Notes: generated by a model not told the origin, from the letters alone. Shown: positions 17,225 to 29,350, numbered from the stretch's first letter. The stretch: DNA of 64,000 nt from Patescibacteria group bacterium (GCA_013815345.1 JACDGK010000001.1:102434-166433), one strand, 5' to 3'. Translations and numbers: made by a program.

Positions 17225-18691
17225 TTAGTGCCCATGTAGTAACGTTTCTCCGGTGATTGCAGCGCCTATTGTAAACAAGAGGTCGTCCGCGCCTTTAGGC
17301 GCGGTAAAGTGTATGCCCGTCGAAAGATCCTTACCTTCTCGCATGACAGTGCCCATCGGCACAGAGATTGCTGGCATGCCCGTGAGATTGGCGGTCACCG
17401 TAAAGATATCTTCGAGGTACATAGAGACTGGGTCGCTCTTTTCACCGAATTTAAACGCAGGAGAAGGTGTTGTCGGGAACGCGATCACATCGACTTTTTC
17501 AAAGGCGTCATCATATTCTTTCGTAAGTACGGCACGCGCTGCATCTGCCTTGCGATAGTATGCATCAATATATCCGGAAGAAAGCACGAACGTTCCGAGT
17601 AAAATTCGACGCTGTACTTCTTCGCCGAAGCCTTCAGTGCGCGTTTCAACATAGTCATCGAGAAGTGTCTTTCCGCGCTTCGCGAGACCATACCGCATAC
17701 CGTCAAATCGTGAGAGATTGGTGGAGGCTTCTGCGGGCATGATGACGTAGTACACCGCGAGCGCATATGAGCTCGTTGGGAGATTCACTTCCACAATCTC
17801 ATGCCCCTGTTCCTTAATTTTTTGCAAAGCTATATCGAAGTTTGCTCGCAAATCGGGATCAATGCCAGAATCAAGAAGATGGTACGGCACACCGACGCGA
17901 AACACCTTCGGTGTTCCGCGTTTCTCATACGGCGACTCTGCAGGAATAGTCGTAGAGTCCAAAGTATCATTTCCTTGTATCGCATCGAAAAGAATTTTTG
18001 CGTCAGCAACCGTTTTCGTGAGTGGTCCGATCTGATCCAAAGAAGAACCTAGCGCCATCAGCCCTGAGCGCGAAATAGAGCCGTAGGTGGGCTTAAATCC
18101 GACTAACCCGCAATGCGCTGCCGGCTGACGAATAGAGCCACCCGTATCAGAGCCAAGAGCAGCGATGACTGTGTGGGCGGCCACAGCGGCGGCTGAGCCG
18201 CCGCTTGAGCCGCCCGGAACACGCGACACATCATGAGGATTCTTAGTGGCTCCGAATGCTGAATGCTCGGTAGAACTTCCCATTGCGAACTCGTCCATAT
18301 TGGTTCGTCCTATAAAAATCGCTCCCTCGGCTTTAAGTTTCATAATTACGGTGGCATCATACGTTGCTCGATAATTCTCAAGAATCTTCGATGACGCGCT
18401 CGCAATCCGGCCCTCAATAAGAATATTGTCTTTAATGGCCAGTGGAACGCCGCAAAGCATGGGTGCCTTCTCGCCTTCAGTATCAAGGCGTTTTTGAGCT
18501 GCATCGATCGCTGCGTCGGTTTCGGCGTCGATGAAAAACTCGCGATAGGCATTCAATTCAGAGTTTCTTGCTTCTGCTGTCGCAAAGCATGCGTCAAAGA
18601 GTTCGCGCACGCTGAATTGTCCCGAGCGCAAAACGCTCGCGGCTTCCGTTATTGAAAGCTCATTCGGTCTTTTGGCACCGGCGTCAGTCAT
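17225..18691 (-). CDS. gatA: Glu-tRNA(Gln)/Asp-tRNA(Asn) amidotransferase subunit A
   Basis: Amidase signature GGSSGGSAAAVAA and the Ser-cisSer-Lys region. 488 aa. Confidence 0.95.
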   Translation of the reverse strand: MTDAGAKRPNELSITEAASVLRSGQFSVRELFDACFATAEARNSELNAYREFFIDAETDAAIDAAQKRLDTEGEKAPMLCGVPLAIKDNILIEGRIASASSKILENYRATYDATVIMKLKAEGAIFIGRTNMDEFAMGSSTEHSAFGATKNPHDVSRVPGGSSGGSAAAVAAHTVIAALGSDTGGSIRQPAAHCGLVGFKPTYGSISRSGLMALGSSLDQIGPLTKTVADAKILFDAIQGNDTLDSTTIPAESPYEKRGTPKVFRVGVPYHLLDSGIDPDLRANFDIALQKIKEQGHEIVEVNLPTSSYALAVYYVIMPAEASTNLSRFDGMRYGLAKRGKTLLDDYVETRTEGFGEEVQRRILLGTFVLSSGYIDAYYRKADAARAVLTKEYDDAFEKVDVIAFPTTPSPAFKFGEKSDPVSMYLEDIFTVTANLTGMPAISVPMGTVMREGKDLSTGIHFTAPKGADDLLFTIGAAITGETLLHGH

Positions 18692-18971
18692 GGGAGATAA
18701 TCTGCTTCACCGAAAGTGCGTTACCTTCTCGTGCAGGGAATTGTTCGGCAAGCTTTTCTGTCCACTTCCCTTTTTCATGCGGGTCAGCATCAGCACGAAA
18801 CACATTTGTGTAGGGCAAAAGAGGCTCGCCTTTTGGCACCTGAAGCTCCTCAAGCTGACTCACATATTTTAAAATTCCATCGAATTCCTCCGCAAATCGA
18901 GTAAGTTTTCCTTCCGGCACGGAAATACGCGCGAGCGCCGCAAGTTTTTTAACGTCTTCAGAAGTTGCCAT
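18684..18971 (-). CDS. gatC: amidotransferase subunit C
   Basis: 95 aa. GatC-like LARISVPEGK...L..IL.YV.QL. Overlaps the gatA start by 8 nt. Confidence 0.85.
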   Translation of the reverse strand: MATSEDVKKLAALARISVPEGKLTRFAEEFDGILKYVSQLEELQVPKGEPLLPYTNVFRADADPHEKGKWTEKLAEQFPAREGNALSVKQIISHD

Positions 18972-19040
18972 ACCGCCACTATATCACAGTCATAATCACT
19001 CAGAAAAGTTCATAAAAAGACTTCATGATATACTTGAAAT

Positions 19041-19259
19041 ATGAAACGAGTTTTTCCTATAATTGTCGAAAAAGATGAAGATGGCTTCTTTGTCGCAACG
19101 AATCCAACACTTCCCGGTTGCTACAGCCAAGGCAAAACCATGGAAGAAGCATTAAAAAATGTGCAGGAGGTAACTGAACTTTGCCTTGAGGAACTTTCCG
19201 TTGAAGATCGAGAGATTGAGCAGGATACACAAGTCAGTGTACATCTTATTACAGCCTAA
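19041..19259 (+). CDS. hicB: HicB-family antitoxin
   Basis: UPF0150/HicB fold signature: IVEKDEDGFFVATNPTLPGCYSQGKTMEEALKNVQE. Confidence 0.8.
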   Translation: MKRVFPIIVEKDEDGFFVATNPTLPGCYSQGKTMEEALKNVQEVTELCLEELSVEDREIEQDTQVSVHLITA

Positions 19260-19261
19260 TA

Positions 19262-19477
19262 ATGCCTCGACTACCACGGCTTTCAGGAAAAGAAGTTATT
19301 AAAAAATTTGAGCATCTCGGATATTCCCAAACCCGACAACGAGGAAGTCATGTATGGCTCGAACACAACTTATTGCCTCCTACCTCTGTGCCTCTTCACA
19401 ACGTTATAGGGCCAGGACTTCTTCGCCAGATTTTGCGCGAAATTAAAGTATCCGTGAAAGAATTTATTGAACTTTAA
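19262..19477 (+). CDS. hicA: HicA-family mRNA interferase toxin
   Basis: 71 aa. The YcfA/HicA motif RGSHV is present. It starts 3 nt after hicB. Confidence 0.8.
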   Translation: MPRLPRLSGKEVIKKFEHLGYSQTRQRGSHVWLEHNLLPPTSVPLHNVIGPGLLRQILREIKVSVKEFIEL

Positions 19478-19484
19478 AGCTATC

Positions 19485-21518
<2,034 letters not shown>

Positions 21519-21563
21519 TTATGGTACTCAAAAAGAGCCCGTACTGCCACTCAATTTCAAACG

Positions 21564-22082
21564 TTAATAGTATGCCTTCTCACCGCGCTCAATACGCCCA
21601 GGATCGCTCGCATTACACGTGTTGTATCCCGTTGCATAAATGGCGGTCGAAAGAGGCCTGCCTGCGGCATCGGTAGTGGGAGGGCTGTATTTGTACACCG
21701 TAACTGTTCCTAAAATCCCTACTCCATCAGCGCAGGGTATGGAGAAAGTGCTGATACGAGGACTACTGGTCTGAGGGTCGCTATAGTTTGCGACCACTCC
21801 ATCGCATGAAACCGTGCCTGACACTGCTCCCGTAGCGAAATCAAATTCGGATATTCCCGTCTTTCCTCCGGAGTCGTAGAATACGCCGCATTCGAGCGCG
21901 GAGTCAGCATTATAGAAAGCATATTGCGACTGTCGACCTGTCGAAGAAAGAATGATTTCCTTGTATGCGACATCAAGCAGCGCTAGTCCAATAGAAAGGA
22001 CGACCGAGCTCAATATCACCGCAACGAAAAGCGTAAAGCCGCGGTGTGGTGTTTTATTCGGAGTAAAGGTAAAAGGAATCAT
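21564..22082 (-). CDS. pilin-like/pseudopilin-like protein (degenerate prepilin leader)
   Basis: RGFTLFVAVILSSVVL resembles the class III leader, but the Glu at +5 is absent. Confidence 0.5.
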   Translation of the reverse strand: MIPFTFTPNKTPHRGFTLFVAVILSSVVLSIGLALLDVAYKEIILSSTGRQSQYAFYNADSALECGVFYDSGGKTGISEFDFATGAVSGTVSCDGVVANYSDPQTSSPRISTFSIPCADGVGILGTVTVYKYSPPTTDAAGRPLSTAIYATGYNTCNASDPGRIERGEKAYY

Positions 22083-22086
22083 ACTT

Positions 22087-22725
22087 TTAATTCGTATTCT
22101 TTATGTACTCTACTATGGCCGTGGTATGCGGAACATTGTTTGTCGACCATGTAACAGTCGAAATGACTTCCTCTTCATTAGGATCCCTGACTCCTCCATA
22201 GGATACCGCTTTCAGCTGTATCCAGCGGGTAAACTTACTCCCTACATTCGTCTGACTTGCCGGTTGCTGATTATAGAGAAACGGTGTTGGATTGGAAGCC
22301 GTATAAATATTGAGCGGATCACAAGCTCGACCAAAATCACCGCCGCACTGTTGTATTCCCTGGCTCAAGGATCGCGTCGGATCCACGGTACATTTAAAAT
22401 TTGCACGGCAGTCACTTCCATTTTGACCATTCAGTCCGTAGAGCCATGACTCAGCGGGAGGCGACGCGGTGTTGTAATAGGTAAGATAATTGTTGTTCCG
22501 TATCTCACGCACATATTCAATCCCCTCCTGAGCAAGCATTGAGGCTTCAAGCTGATCTCGAGCAGTAAACGAAGCAGTGAGTGACTGTTCTACGGCATAA
22601 AAAGGCGCGACCAATGTTACGGAGATGATCGTGATCGCGACAAGTGTCTCGATCAATGTAAATCCCTTCTGTACGGAGTTCGTGCGATCCAAAGGTGTGT
22701 AATAAAAAAAAGTCTTCATACTCAA
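22087..22725 (-). CDS. prepilin-type N-terminal cleavage/methylation-domain protein (pseudopilin)
   Basis: Leader KGFTLIETLVAITIISV. Confidence 0.75.
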   Translation of the reverse strand: MSMKTFFYYTPLDRTNSVQKGFTLIETLVAITIISVTLVAPFYAVEQSLTASFTARDQLEASMLAQEGIEYVREIRNNNYLTYYNTASPPAESWLYGLNGQNGSDCRANFKCTVDPTRSLSQGIQQCGGDFGRACDPLNIYTASNPTPFLYNQQPASQTNVGSKFTRWIQLKAVSYGGVRDPNEEEVISTVTWSTNNVPHTTAIVEYIKNTN

Positions 22726-23312
22726 TGAATATCAATCGGACGCTGCGTCGCCGATGTTTGAATCGTAAATGTGCTGGTATGCTGCGAGTCAGCAACCGTC
22801 GTCCCGGTCACAGTAAACGTCACTATTGGCTGTATATTATCGCCGCCGCTCCCTAGCGCACCACCAGCATCAACACCACTCACTATAAACGTGAGATTAG
22901 AGACGGTAATACGTGCATCCGTAAGCTGCTGATCGACGATTTGCGTACAGCTCGGTGAAGCGTACTGGTTTGTCACTTTGACTCTGATATGACTTCCTCC
23001 TGTAAGAGAAAGGAGGTATTCTACGCGGCAGCCATTCGCATCAGTGAACATCAAGTGATTACAAGAGCCGTTCGGGTCGCCGGAGGCGCCAACACAACGA
23101 TACGTAGTTCCCGTACGTATCGACCGTGCCATGCTATCAAGTGCAAAGGAGAGATTGGTAAGGAGCACGCTCGTGGCACGTGTCTCACGATCAAGACTGA
23201 TGAGATTCAGATACGCCGTCGCGACGGCAACCATCACGATAGCAAAAATTGCGACCGAGACGATCATTTCTATGAGACTGAAACCGCGTGCAGAAGAGTG
23301 TTTCATACTCAT
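22722..23312 (-). CDS. prepilin-type pseudopilin
   Basis: Leader RGFSLIEMIVSVAIFAIV. Confidence 0.75.
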   Translation of the reverse strand: MSMKHSSARGFSLIEMIVSVAIFAIVMVAVATAYLNLISLDRETRATSVLLTNLSFALDSMARSIRTGTTYRCVGASGDPNGSCNHLMFTDANGCRVEYLLSLTGGSHIRVKVTNQYASPSCTQIVDQQLTDARITVSNLTFIVSGVDAGGALGSGGDNIQPIVTFTVTGTTVADSQHTSTFTIQTSATQRPIDIH

Positions 23313-24046
23313 GTACAGGTCTGCGTTACAAATACTTCACCAAGCTGATTTATTTCCACGTATCGACTCGCTTTGCCACCTGGAGCGCTGATTTGAATAC
23401 ACGCAGTGTCTGCAGACTGATAGGAGCTCTCACTCACTGCAGTTATGACCGTTTGGACATTCGGTCGTTCGAAAACGATATCGAGAGCTGTAAGGGCGTT
23501 ATTCGATGAGTCGGAACAGCCCACTTTTGTAAGGACACCGTTGGGATGGGTATAGGCGCAAAAATTGCCAATGGTAAAACCCTGATTAAAATCAAATTTT
23601 CGAACAAGCTCGCGTACCGGACCGTCATACAAACAATTTCCCGGCTTCGCTTCAACGGTATTCGGTACGCCCGTGGGACACCAGCCCGGCGTAGGAAGTC
23701 CCTTTGAAGCATCGGCAAATTGCCGGTATGAAGTAAGATCACCCACGGAGAAATCAATGCCGTATCCTGCATTGGAAACCCCCTGGAAACCTTTGCTGGA
23801 AAGACCGAGTGACTGCGTCTCACGGATAGAGAGCGCCACCGTGTACGACGTATCAGTCAAAATGATGCTTCTATTGAATGTGGATTGATTCACGAGCGTA
23901 ATCCCCGTGATAACGGTGATGATCGCGAGTACCGTGACCATCTCGATGAGCGTGAACCCACGCTGCATTACCTTTCTCCCACCAGATGAAGGCTTTGAGA
24001 AAAAGAATTTTTTTAAAAAGGCAGCGAAAGAAAGAGGGGATTCCAT
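23309..24046 (-). CDS. prepilin-type pseudopilin
   Basis: Leader RGFTLIEMVTVLAIITVI. Confidence 0.75.
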   Translation of the reverse strand: MESPLSFAAFLKKFFFSKPSSGGRKVMQRGFTLIEMVTVLAIITVITGITLVNQSTFNRSIILTDTSYTVALSIRETQSLGLSSKGFQGVSNAGYGIDFSVGDLTSYRQFADASKGLPTPGWCPTGVPNTVEAKPGNCLYDGPVRELVRKFDFNQGFTIGNFCAYTHPNGVLTKVGCSDSSNNALTALDIVFERPNVQTVITAVSESSYQSADTACIQISAPGGKASRYVEINQLGEVFVTQTCT

Positions 24047-24780
24047 TGAGTGAAAAAGGCAAGTAGGAAGCCGGCAGCCAGAAATGGCACGAACGGCACC
24101 TCAATACCCATTCTAGGCCCTCCATGCTGCAAAACCAATACCACTATGCCGATAACTGCCCCGATCCAGAAAGAAAAAAGAAGACCGGGGATTGCCGCCG
24201 AGCCCACAAGCAGAGCGAGAGCGAGAGCGACCGGCGCATCCCCGAGGCCCATTGCCCTGCCGCGAGAAAGTACGTAGAGAAGAAAAAATGCGAAACCAAT
24301 GATGAGAGCAATGCCGACAATCCAGAGAAACGCTGACATGCTTTTGAGACTCAGGAAAGCAAAAAGGAGACAGAGCACGATAAGGAGCGTCGAGCTGCCG
24401 CGAGGCACGATAGTATGCCGCAGATCATACACGACAATAAATCCAAGCACGATTAAAACGGCGAGGAAGACGACAAGGTTAAGCGTAAGACCGAGCGTAA
24501 GGTACGAGAAAACGAAAAGAACGCCGAGAGATACTTCAAAAAGCACATAGAGCCCCGGCACCTTTGCCTTACAGGTGCGACACCTACCTCGGGAGAAAAG
24601 CCACGAGAAAACTGGCACGAGATCAGGAACGCTTAATACCCTTCGGCAGGAGTTACATCGTGAACGTCCTTTGAGCCACGACTGCCCCGTGTAGATGCGT
24701 TCTGCAATAACCGTCGTGAAGCTCGCGAATATCGCACCGAGGAAGAAGAAGGCGGTTGATACGAGTACTCCAAAACTCAT
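24013..24780 (-). CDS. pilD: prepilin peptidase (A24 family)
   Basis: N-terminal tetracysteine region (CNSCRR...CRTCK) and a polytopic peptidase domain with the GLGDA Asp motif. Confidence 0.85.
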   Translation of the reverse strand: MSFGVLVSTAFFFLGAIFASFTTVIAERIYTGQSWLKGRSRCNSCRRVLSVPDLVPVFSWLFSRGRCRTCKAKVPGLYVLFEVSLGVLFVFSYLTLGLTLNLVVFLAVLIVLGFIVVYDLRHTIVPRGSSTLLIVLCLLFAFLSLKSMSAFLWIVGIALIIGFAFFLLYVLSRGRAMGLGDAPVALALALLVGSAAIPGLLFSFWIGAVIGIVVLVLQHGGPRMGIEVPFVPFLAAGFLLAFFTQWNPLFLSLPF

Positions 24781-25344
24781 TTAAGGAGGACAGCTGCTTC
24801 CACCAATTTTTTGCCTTAATTTTGTGTTAATAGTGGCGCTATCAGTATTATTATCTACACCTGCCATTGTTAGTAGGACACTATGAGTACTATCGGTACA
24901 GAAGGCTTTTGCGGGATCAGAAGAAAGATCAAATATTATAGCGTAATTAGTTTGTCCCGCGCTTGAACTGCATTGGTTTAACGTTCCTTGTGCTAAAGCG
25001 GATTTAATTATGTCAATAATTTTTTGGTCTGCCCAAATTGAATTCGGTTTCGTAGCTACAACCGCTGCTGGACAAGGCTGAGGAATACCGCTATTAGGAT
25101 AGGTGCCTGCATCACAAGTTGCCGTAGGTGAATAGCAAGAAACATTTGCGGTATGATCATTAATTTCAACCTGTTTCCTAATACCGGAAAGTGCTTGTTC
25201 GATAGCTCCATCTGAACCTCTGCTCCGAGCAACACTCAGGGCACCAAGTACGATTGAGGATAGAAGTCCGACTATGGCTATAACGACGAGGAGTTCGATG
25301 AGGGTGAAACCATTAGGAGCTTTTTTGCGAGAGATATACATCAT
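24781..25344 (-). CDS. type IV pilin (minor)
   Basis: Leader NGFTLIELLVVIAIVGLLSSIVL. Confidence 0.8.
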   Translation of the reverse strand: MMYISRKKAPNGFTLIELLVVIAIVGLLSSIVLGALSVARSRGSDGAIEQALSGIRKQVEINDHTANVSCYSPTATCDAGTYPNSGIPQPCPAAVVATKPNSIWADQKIIDIIKSALAQGTLNQCSSSAGQTNYAIIFDLSSDPAKAFCTDSTHSVLLTMAGVDNNTDSATINTKLRQKIGGSSCPP

Positions 25345-25419
25345 AAAGAGTAATGGCTAATATTCTTGACTTCTTCTTAAGACTATACCATTTGCAACAC
25401 AAGATTTTGAAAGAGCAGT

Positions 25420-25459
25420 GGATAAAAATAAAGCCCCGCAAGGGGCTTTATTTTTATCC
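25420..25459. terminator. bidirectional terminator downstream of pilA
   Basis: Perfect 40-nt palindrome GGATAAAAATAAAGCCCCGCAAGGGGCTTTATTTTTATCC. Confidence 0.6.
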
Positions 25460-25478
25460 ACTGCTTGTTTTAAGACTA

Positions 25479-25997
25479 TTATGGGCAAGCTGTCGCACTT
25501 GCTGCAAGCGCCGCAGCTTCTGGCTTTGCAACACCCGTTGAATCTACACACCAATAACTACCAGCCGCAGCAGCAGTCAGCTGAGCTTCAACAACATATG
25601 ACGAAGCCGTCACGCCCCACTGAAGCTTGTTGTTATTAGCTGATGAAGCTTGAATAAGTGCGTTCGCTGCTGCTTGGTCCTCGTTTGCCGGGGTGACTGT
25701 CAAAATTGAAGTACCAGCTGCGCCCGCTACGCCTGTTCCTGCAACCGTCCAGCCTGCCTGAGTTACGGAAGTTGTAATGGTGGTTGCAGCATATGCATTT
25801 GGAAATCCGTCATAGTCAAGAGCTGCTTGAGTTTGAATCGTGCTCAGGTCAGATTTGATCTGTGCATCAGTACCCTTCGCACGAGCCGTGTTGAGGGCGG
25901 CGAGCACAACTGCCGAGAGAATGCCGATAATTGCGATCACGACGAGGAGTTCGATGAGGGTGAAACCGCGTCGGATACGTGAGTTTGAGAGAGTCAT
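25479..25997 (-). CDS. pilA: type IV major pilin
   Basis: Leader RRGFTLIELLVVIAIIGILSAVVLAAL, an Ala/Thr-rich globular part, and a C-terminal Cys pair. Confidence 0.85.
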   Translation of the reverse strand: MTLSNSRIRRGFTLIELLVVIAIIGILSAVVLAALNTARAKGTDAQIKSDLSTIQTQAALDYDGFPNAYAATTITTSVTQAGWTVAGTGVAGAAGTSILTVTPANEDQAAANALIQASSANNNKLQWGVTASSYVVEAQLTAAAAGSYWCVDSTGVAKPEAAALAASATACP

Positions 25998-26101
25998 GGT
26001 TGTTATAAGTTGTCGTGATGCGGGCTTATGAGTAATATCCGCTTATTTCTTATTGTACGAGAAAACCAGAAAAAGAATAACGATCCTGTGGACAACTCTA
26101 T

Positions 26102-26377
26102 TTAGCCTTCTAATCGCTGTAAACGACGATGCACGTCATTGTCATTACGTTTTCCTATAAGCGGTATGAACAAGGTTGAGCCCACGACACAGTATATGAT
26201 ACGATGCTCGCCCATATCAGCGCGCCGAAAGGTCGAATTCTTAAGCTGTTTGCTGTCCGGTGGTGACGGATTCTTTTGTAGTTCGTAGAGCGTTAGAATC
26301 ACTTGCTGCGCATGCTTTTTCGGAAGCGTGCGCAGGTACTTCTCTGCTCGCTTACCGATATCAATCTTTAGCATCAA
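26102..26377 (-). CDS. RelE/ParE-family toxin
   Basis: 91 aa. RelE/ParE C-terminal block EHRIIYCVV. Confidence 0.7.
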   Translation of the reverse strand: MMLKIDIGKRAEKYLRTLPKKHAQQVILTLYELQKNPSPPDSKQLKNSTFRRADMGEHRIIYCVVGSTLFIPLIGKRNDNDVHRRLQRLEG

Positions 26378-26627
26378 TAAACTTTTTTAAAAGTGCCTCA
26401 GATTTATTGGTTCCAAGGTATCCACCCTTTTTATGGGCTGCTTCTGCGCGGGCAGCCCATAATGCGTCTTCCGTTTCTTCAAAACGCTGATAATCGTCAA
26501 GAGAAAGCAGCATCGCAACCCCCCGTCCATTTTTCGTTATCCGAACTGGTGCGCGCTGCGCTGAGTCAAGAAGCTCGCCAAAGCGGTTCTTTGCGTCGCG
26601 TGCTGAAATTTCTTTAGTATAGCTTAT
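26361..26627 (-). CDS. Phd/YefM-family antitoxin (no canonical start codon)
   Basis: The minus-strand frame reads ..YTKEISARDAKNRFGELLDSAQRAPVRITKNGRGVAMLLSLDDYQRF.., which is the Phd/YefM signature. It ends 17 nt inside the toxin gene. No ATG/GTG/TTG precedes the conserved N-terminus; only ATA/ATT codons are available. Confidence 0.6.
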   Translation of the reverse strand: MSYTKEISARDAKNRFGELLDSAQRAPVRITKNGRGVAMLLSLDDYQRFEETEDALWAARAEAAHKKGGYLGTNKSEALLKKFIDAKD

Positions 26628-26667
26628 AGAGCTATTGTAGCTACTCTGTCAATAGGGATCGCGGTGA

Positions 26668-27879
26668 CTAATTGATCGCACCGGCAAGATTATAGATAGG
26701 CACGAGCACGGAGGCGAGCAGCGAACCCACACCGAGACCGAGAAAAACGATCATGAGCGGCTCGATGAGGTCAACGAGCGTGTCGATAGAGGTGGAAACT
26801 TCACGACGATAGAATTTCGCGAGCGTGTTGAGAATGTTGCCCAGCTCTCCTGTTTCCTCACCCACCCGGATCATGGCGATCATGATACCGGGAATCTGTT
26901 CCGGGTGCCGCGCGAGCGCGTCAGAGATCGATGAGCCGCCTTTTACCGCCTCACTGGCCTCTCGCAGAAGATTTTCATAGACATTGCTGCCCGCCACGCT
27001 CGCAGTAATATCAATCATTTCCACTACCGGCACACCTGAGGCGAGCATCGTTGAGAAGTTATCGGCAATGCGCGAGAGGTAGAGTTTTTTGTAGAGATCA
27101 CCCACATACGGGACGTCGAGTTTTAACGCATCAAAGAAAAGCCTGCCGGACGCAGTTTGCAATGCGCGAAAAACAAAGAAGCCGGCGATGGCCAAAGCGA
27201 TAAGCACGAATATGCCGTAGTGAACGAGGATGTTCGAGATACCGATAACGACAGCTGTGTAGAAAGGAACCTTTTGCCCTGAGTCAACCAAAATAGCCGT
27301 GATCTTCGGAATTACGAGCGTAAGCATCAGTACCATCACCACGATGAATACGACGACGACGAATGCAGGATAGATAAGCGCATTTTGTGCTTTACTCATG
27401 ACTTCATAGGTACGATCGAGATAGTCGGCGAGATAGCCGAATGTCTCCGAAAGCTTTCCTGACTCTTCACCCGAGCGCACCATATTTACGTAAAAAGAAG
27501 TGAAGGCTTTAGGATGTTGTGCGAGTGCTTTTGATATAGGGCTCCCGCCTTGAAGGTCATCCGCCACTTGCGTCATGATTTCCGAGAGATATCTGTTATC
27601 AACTTCAGCCGCAAGGAGACGAAAGACACGGAGAGCGGAGACCTGTGCCTCAAAGAGCGTTGCTATCTGACGAGAAAGAATAACGATGTCTTTGTTGGAA
27701 ACGCGTTTGAAGATGCCGATGTCCATCGAAAGCATACCGCCCTTATCCATCGGGGCTATCGAGGAAACGATCAGATTTCGGCGTTGGAGGGTCGAGACGG
27801 CCACATCCATCGTGAGAGCCTCGATGGTTCCTTCTCTTTCGTGTCCGTCTTTATCGAGTGCGTGGTAGGAGAAAAGCAT
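26668..27879 (-). CDS. pilC: type IV pilus platform protein (GspF/PilC family)
   Basis: 403 aa with two GspF repeats, each with 3 TM helices. Confidence 0.9.
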   Translation of the reverse strand: MLFSYHALDKDGHEREGTIEALTMDVAVSTLQRRNLIVSSIAPMDKGGMLSMDIGIFKRVSNKDIVILSRQIATLFEAQVSALRVFRLLAAEVDNRYLSEIMTQVADDLQGGSPISKALAQHPKAFTSFYVNMVRSGEESGKLSETFGYLADYLDRTYEVMSKAQNALIYPAFVVVVFIVVMVLMLTLVIPKITAILVDSGQKVPFYTAVVIGISNILVHYGIFVLIALAIAGFFVFRALQTASGRLFFDALKLDVPYVGDLYKKLYLSRIADNFSTMLASGVPVVEMIDITASVAGSNVYENLLREASEAVKGGSSISDALARHPEQIPGIMIAMIRVGEETGELGNILNTLAKFYRREVSTSIDTLVDLIEPLMIVFLGLGVGSLLASVLVPIYNLAGAIN

Positions 27880-27897
27880 GGTAAATAAGTATTTGTT

Positions 27898-28965
27898 TTA
27901 TAGGTACCGCTCGAAGGTCTTCGGATCGAGGGCCCGTTCGTAGGCGTGTTCGATGGTCACCTCCCCTTTTCGGACCAGCTCCGCAAGCGAGCGATCCATG
28001 TCGATCATACCGTCCTGAGAACTCGTCTGAATGACGGTCGTGATCTCATGCGTGCGACCCTCGCGGATGAGGTTAGCGACGGCGGCGTTGTTAATGAGCA
28101 ACTCGTATGCAGGAATGAGCCCTCCTGCGATACGCGGCACGAGTCGCTGCGAGAAAATACCCGCCAAAGAACCCGCGAGCTGCACGCGCACCTGATCCTG
28201 CTGGCTCGACGGGAAAATGTCGATGATACGATCGATCGTCTGTGCCGCATTGTTCGTGTGAAGCGTTGAAAGCACGAGGTGACCGGTTTCAGCGGCTGTC
28301 ACCGCGGAAGAAACGGTTTCCTGATCGCGCATTTCGCCCACCATGATCACATTTACGTCTTCACGAAAGGCGGACTCGAGCGCACTATGGAAATCAGTCG
28401 CATCAATATGTACCTCACGCTGGTGAATGAGTGATTTCTTTGCATCAAAGATGTACTCGACCGGGTCTTCAATGGTCACGATATGCTCAGCGCGTGTTTC
28501 ATTGATACGGTCGATCATCGCGGCAAGCGTTGTCGACTTCCCTTGCCCTACCGGACCCACGACGAGAAAGAAGCCTTGCTGACGCTGAGTGAAAACTTCG
28601 AGGATAGGCGGAAGGTTGAGATTTGCAAACGTGTGAACTTCGTGGGGAATGAGACGCATGGCAAGTGCGATAGAGCCTTGTACGGTAAAGGCGTTGATAC
28701 GAAAGCGTGACTCTGACGTGTGTGCGTATGCAAAGTCGACGGACTGGTTATCAACGAATTTCTGCCAACGTGGCGCGGGCAGAATGCTTTTAAGAATAGC
28801 TTCTGTTTCGGGAGCCGTGAGGACTGGTTGCTGCAAGAGCGGCACCAAGGAGCCTGAGACACGGATGATAGGAGGGGAACCTACCGAGAGATGGAGATCA
28901 GACCCACCTTCTTTCACAACGATGTCGAAAAGTGCACCGATACGGGTAGTGGAAGTGTTGCTCAT
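27898..28965 (-). CDS. pilT: twitching-motility (retraction) ATPase
   Basis: Walker A GPVGQGKST. Asp and His boxes. AIRE-like C-terminus typical of PilT. Confidence 0.9.
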   Translation of the reverse strand: MSNTSTTRIGALFDIVVKEGGSDLHLSVGSPPIIRVSGSLVPLLQQPVLTAPETEAILKSILPAPRWQKFVDNQSVDFAYAHTSESRFRINAFTVQGSIALAMRLIPHEVHTFANLNLPPILEVFTQRQQGFFLVVGPVGQGKSTTLAAMIDRINETRAEHIVTIEDPVEYIFDAKKSLIHQREVHIDATDFHSALESAFREDVNVIMVGEMRDQETVSSAVTAAETGHLVLSTLHTNNAAQTIDRIIDIFPSSQQDQVRVQLAGSLAGIFSQRLVPRIAGGLIPAYELLINNAAVANLIREGRTHEITTVIQTSSQDGMIDMDRSLAELVRKGEVTIEHAYERALDPKTFERYL

Positions 28966-29345
28966 GCTTGTTTTTCAATAATCTTAATAGTTTCTGCGTA
29001 TACTTCGGAAGGAATTGCTGACGCCTTTATGATATAGCCCGACGCACCAAATGATTTCGCCTTTTCCACATCTGTTTCCAACCCTTGATTTGAAAGTACG
29101 ACCGTCTTCATGCCTGGCGCAAGTTTTTCCTTTTGCACCGTCTCCAGCACTTGAAATCCATCTACCTCCGGCATAACGATATCGAGAAGCATGGCATCGG
29201 GAGGTGGTTTGGTGCGGAGCGCTTCAAGCACGAACTTTCCACCGGGAAATACAGTAACTTCATGTCCTGCTGCTCGGAATTTGACCGCGTACATATCGAG
29301 GAGAAATCGATCATCATCGGTAAGATAAATGCGGTACGTGGCCAT
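28962..29345 (-). CDS. single-domain CheY-like response regulator inside the pilus operon
   Basis: Receiver motifs DDD, MLLDIVMP, VVLSN, K. Confidence 0.85.
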   Translation of the reverse strand: MATYRIYLTDDDRFLLDMYAVKFRAAGHEVTVFPGGKFVLEALRTKPPPDAMLLDIVMPEVDGFQVLETVQKEKLAPGMKTVVLSNQGLETDVEKAKSFGASGYIIKASAIPSEVYAETIKIIEKQA

Positions 29346-29350
29346 AGGTG

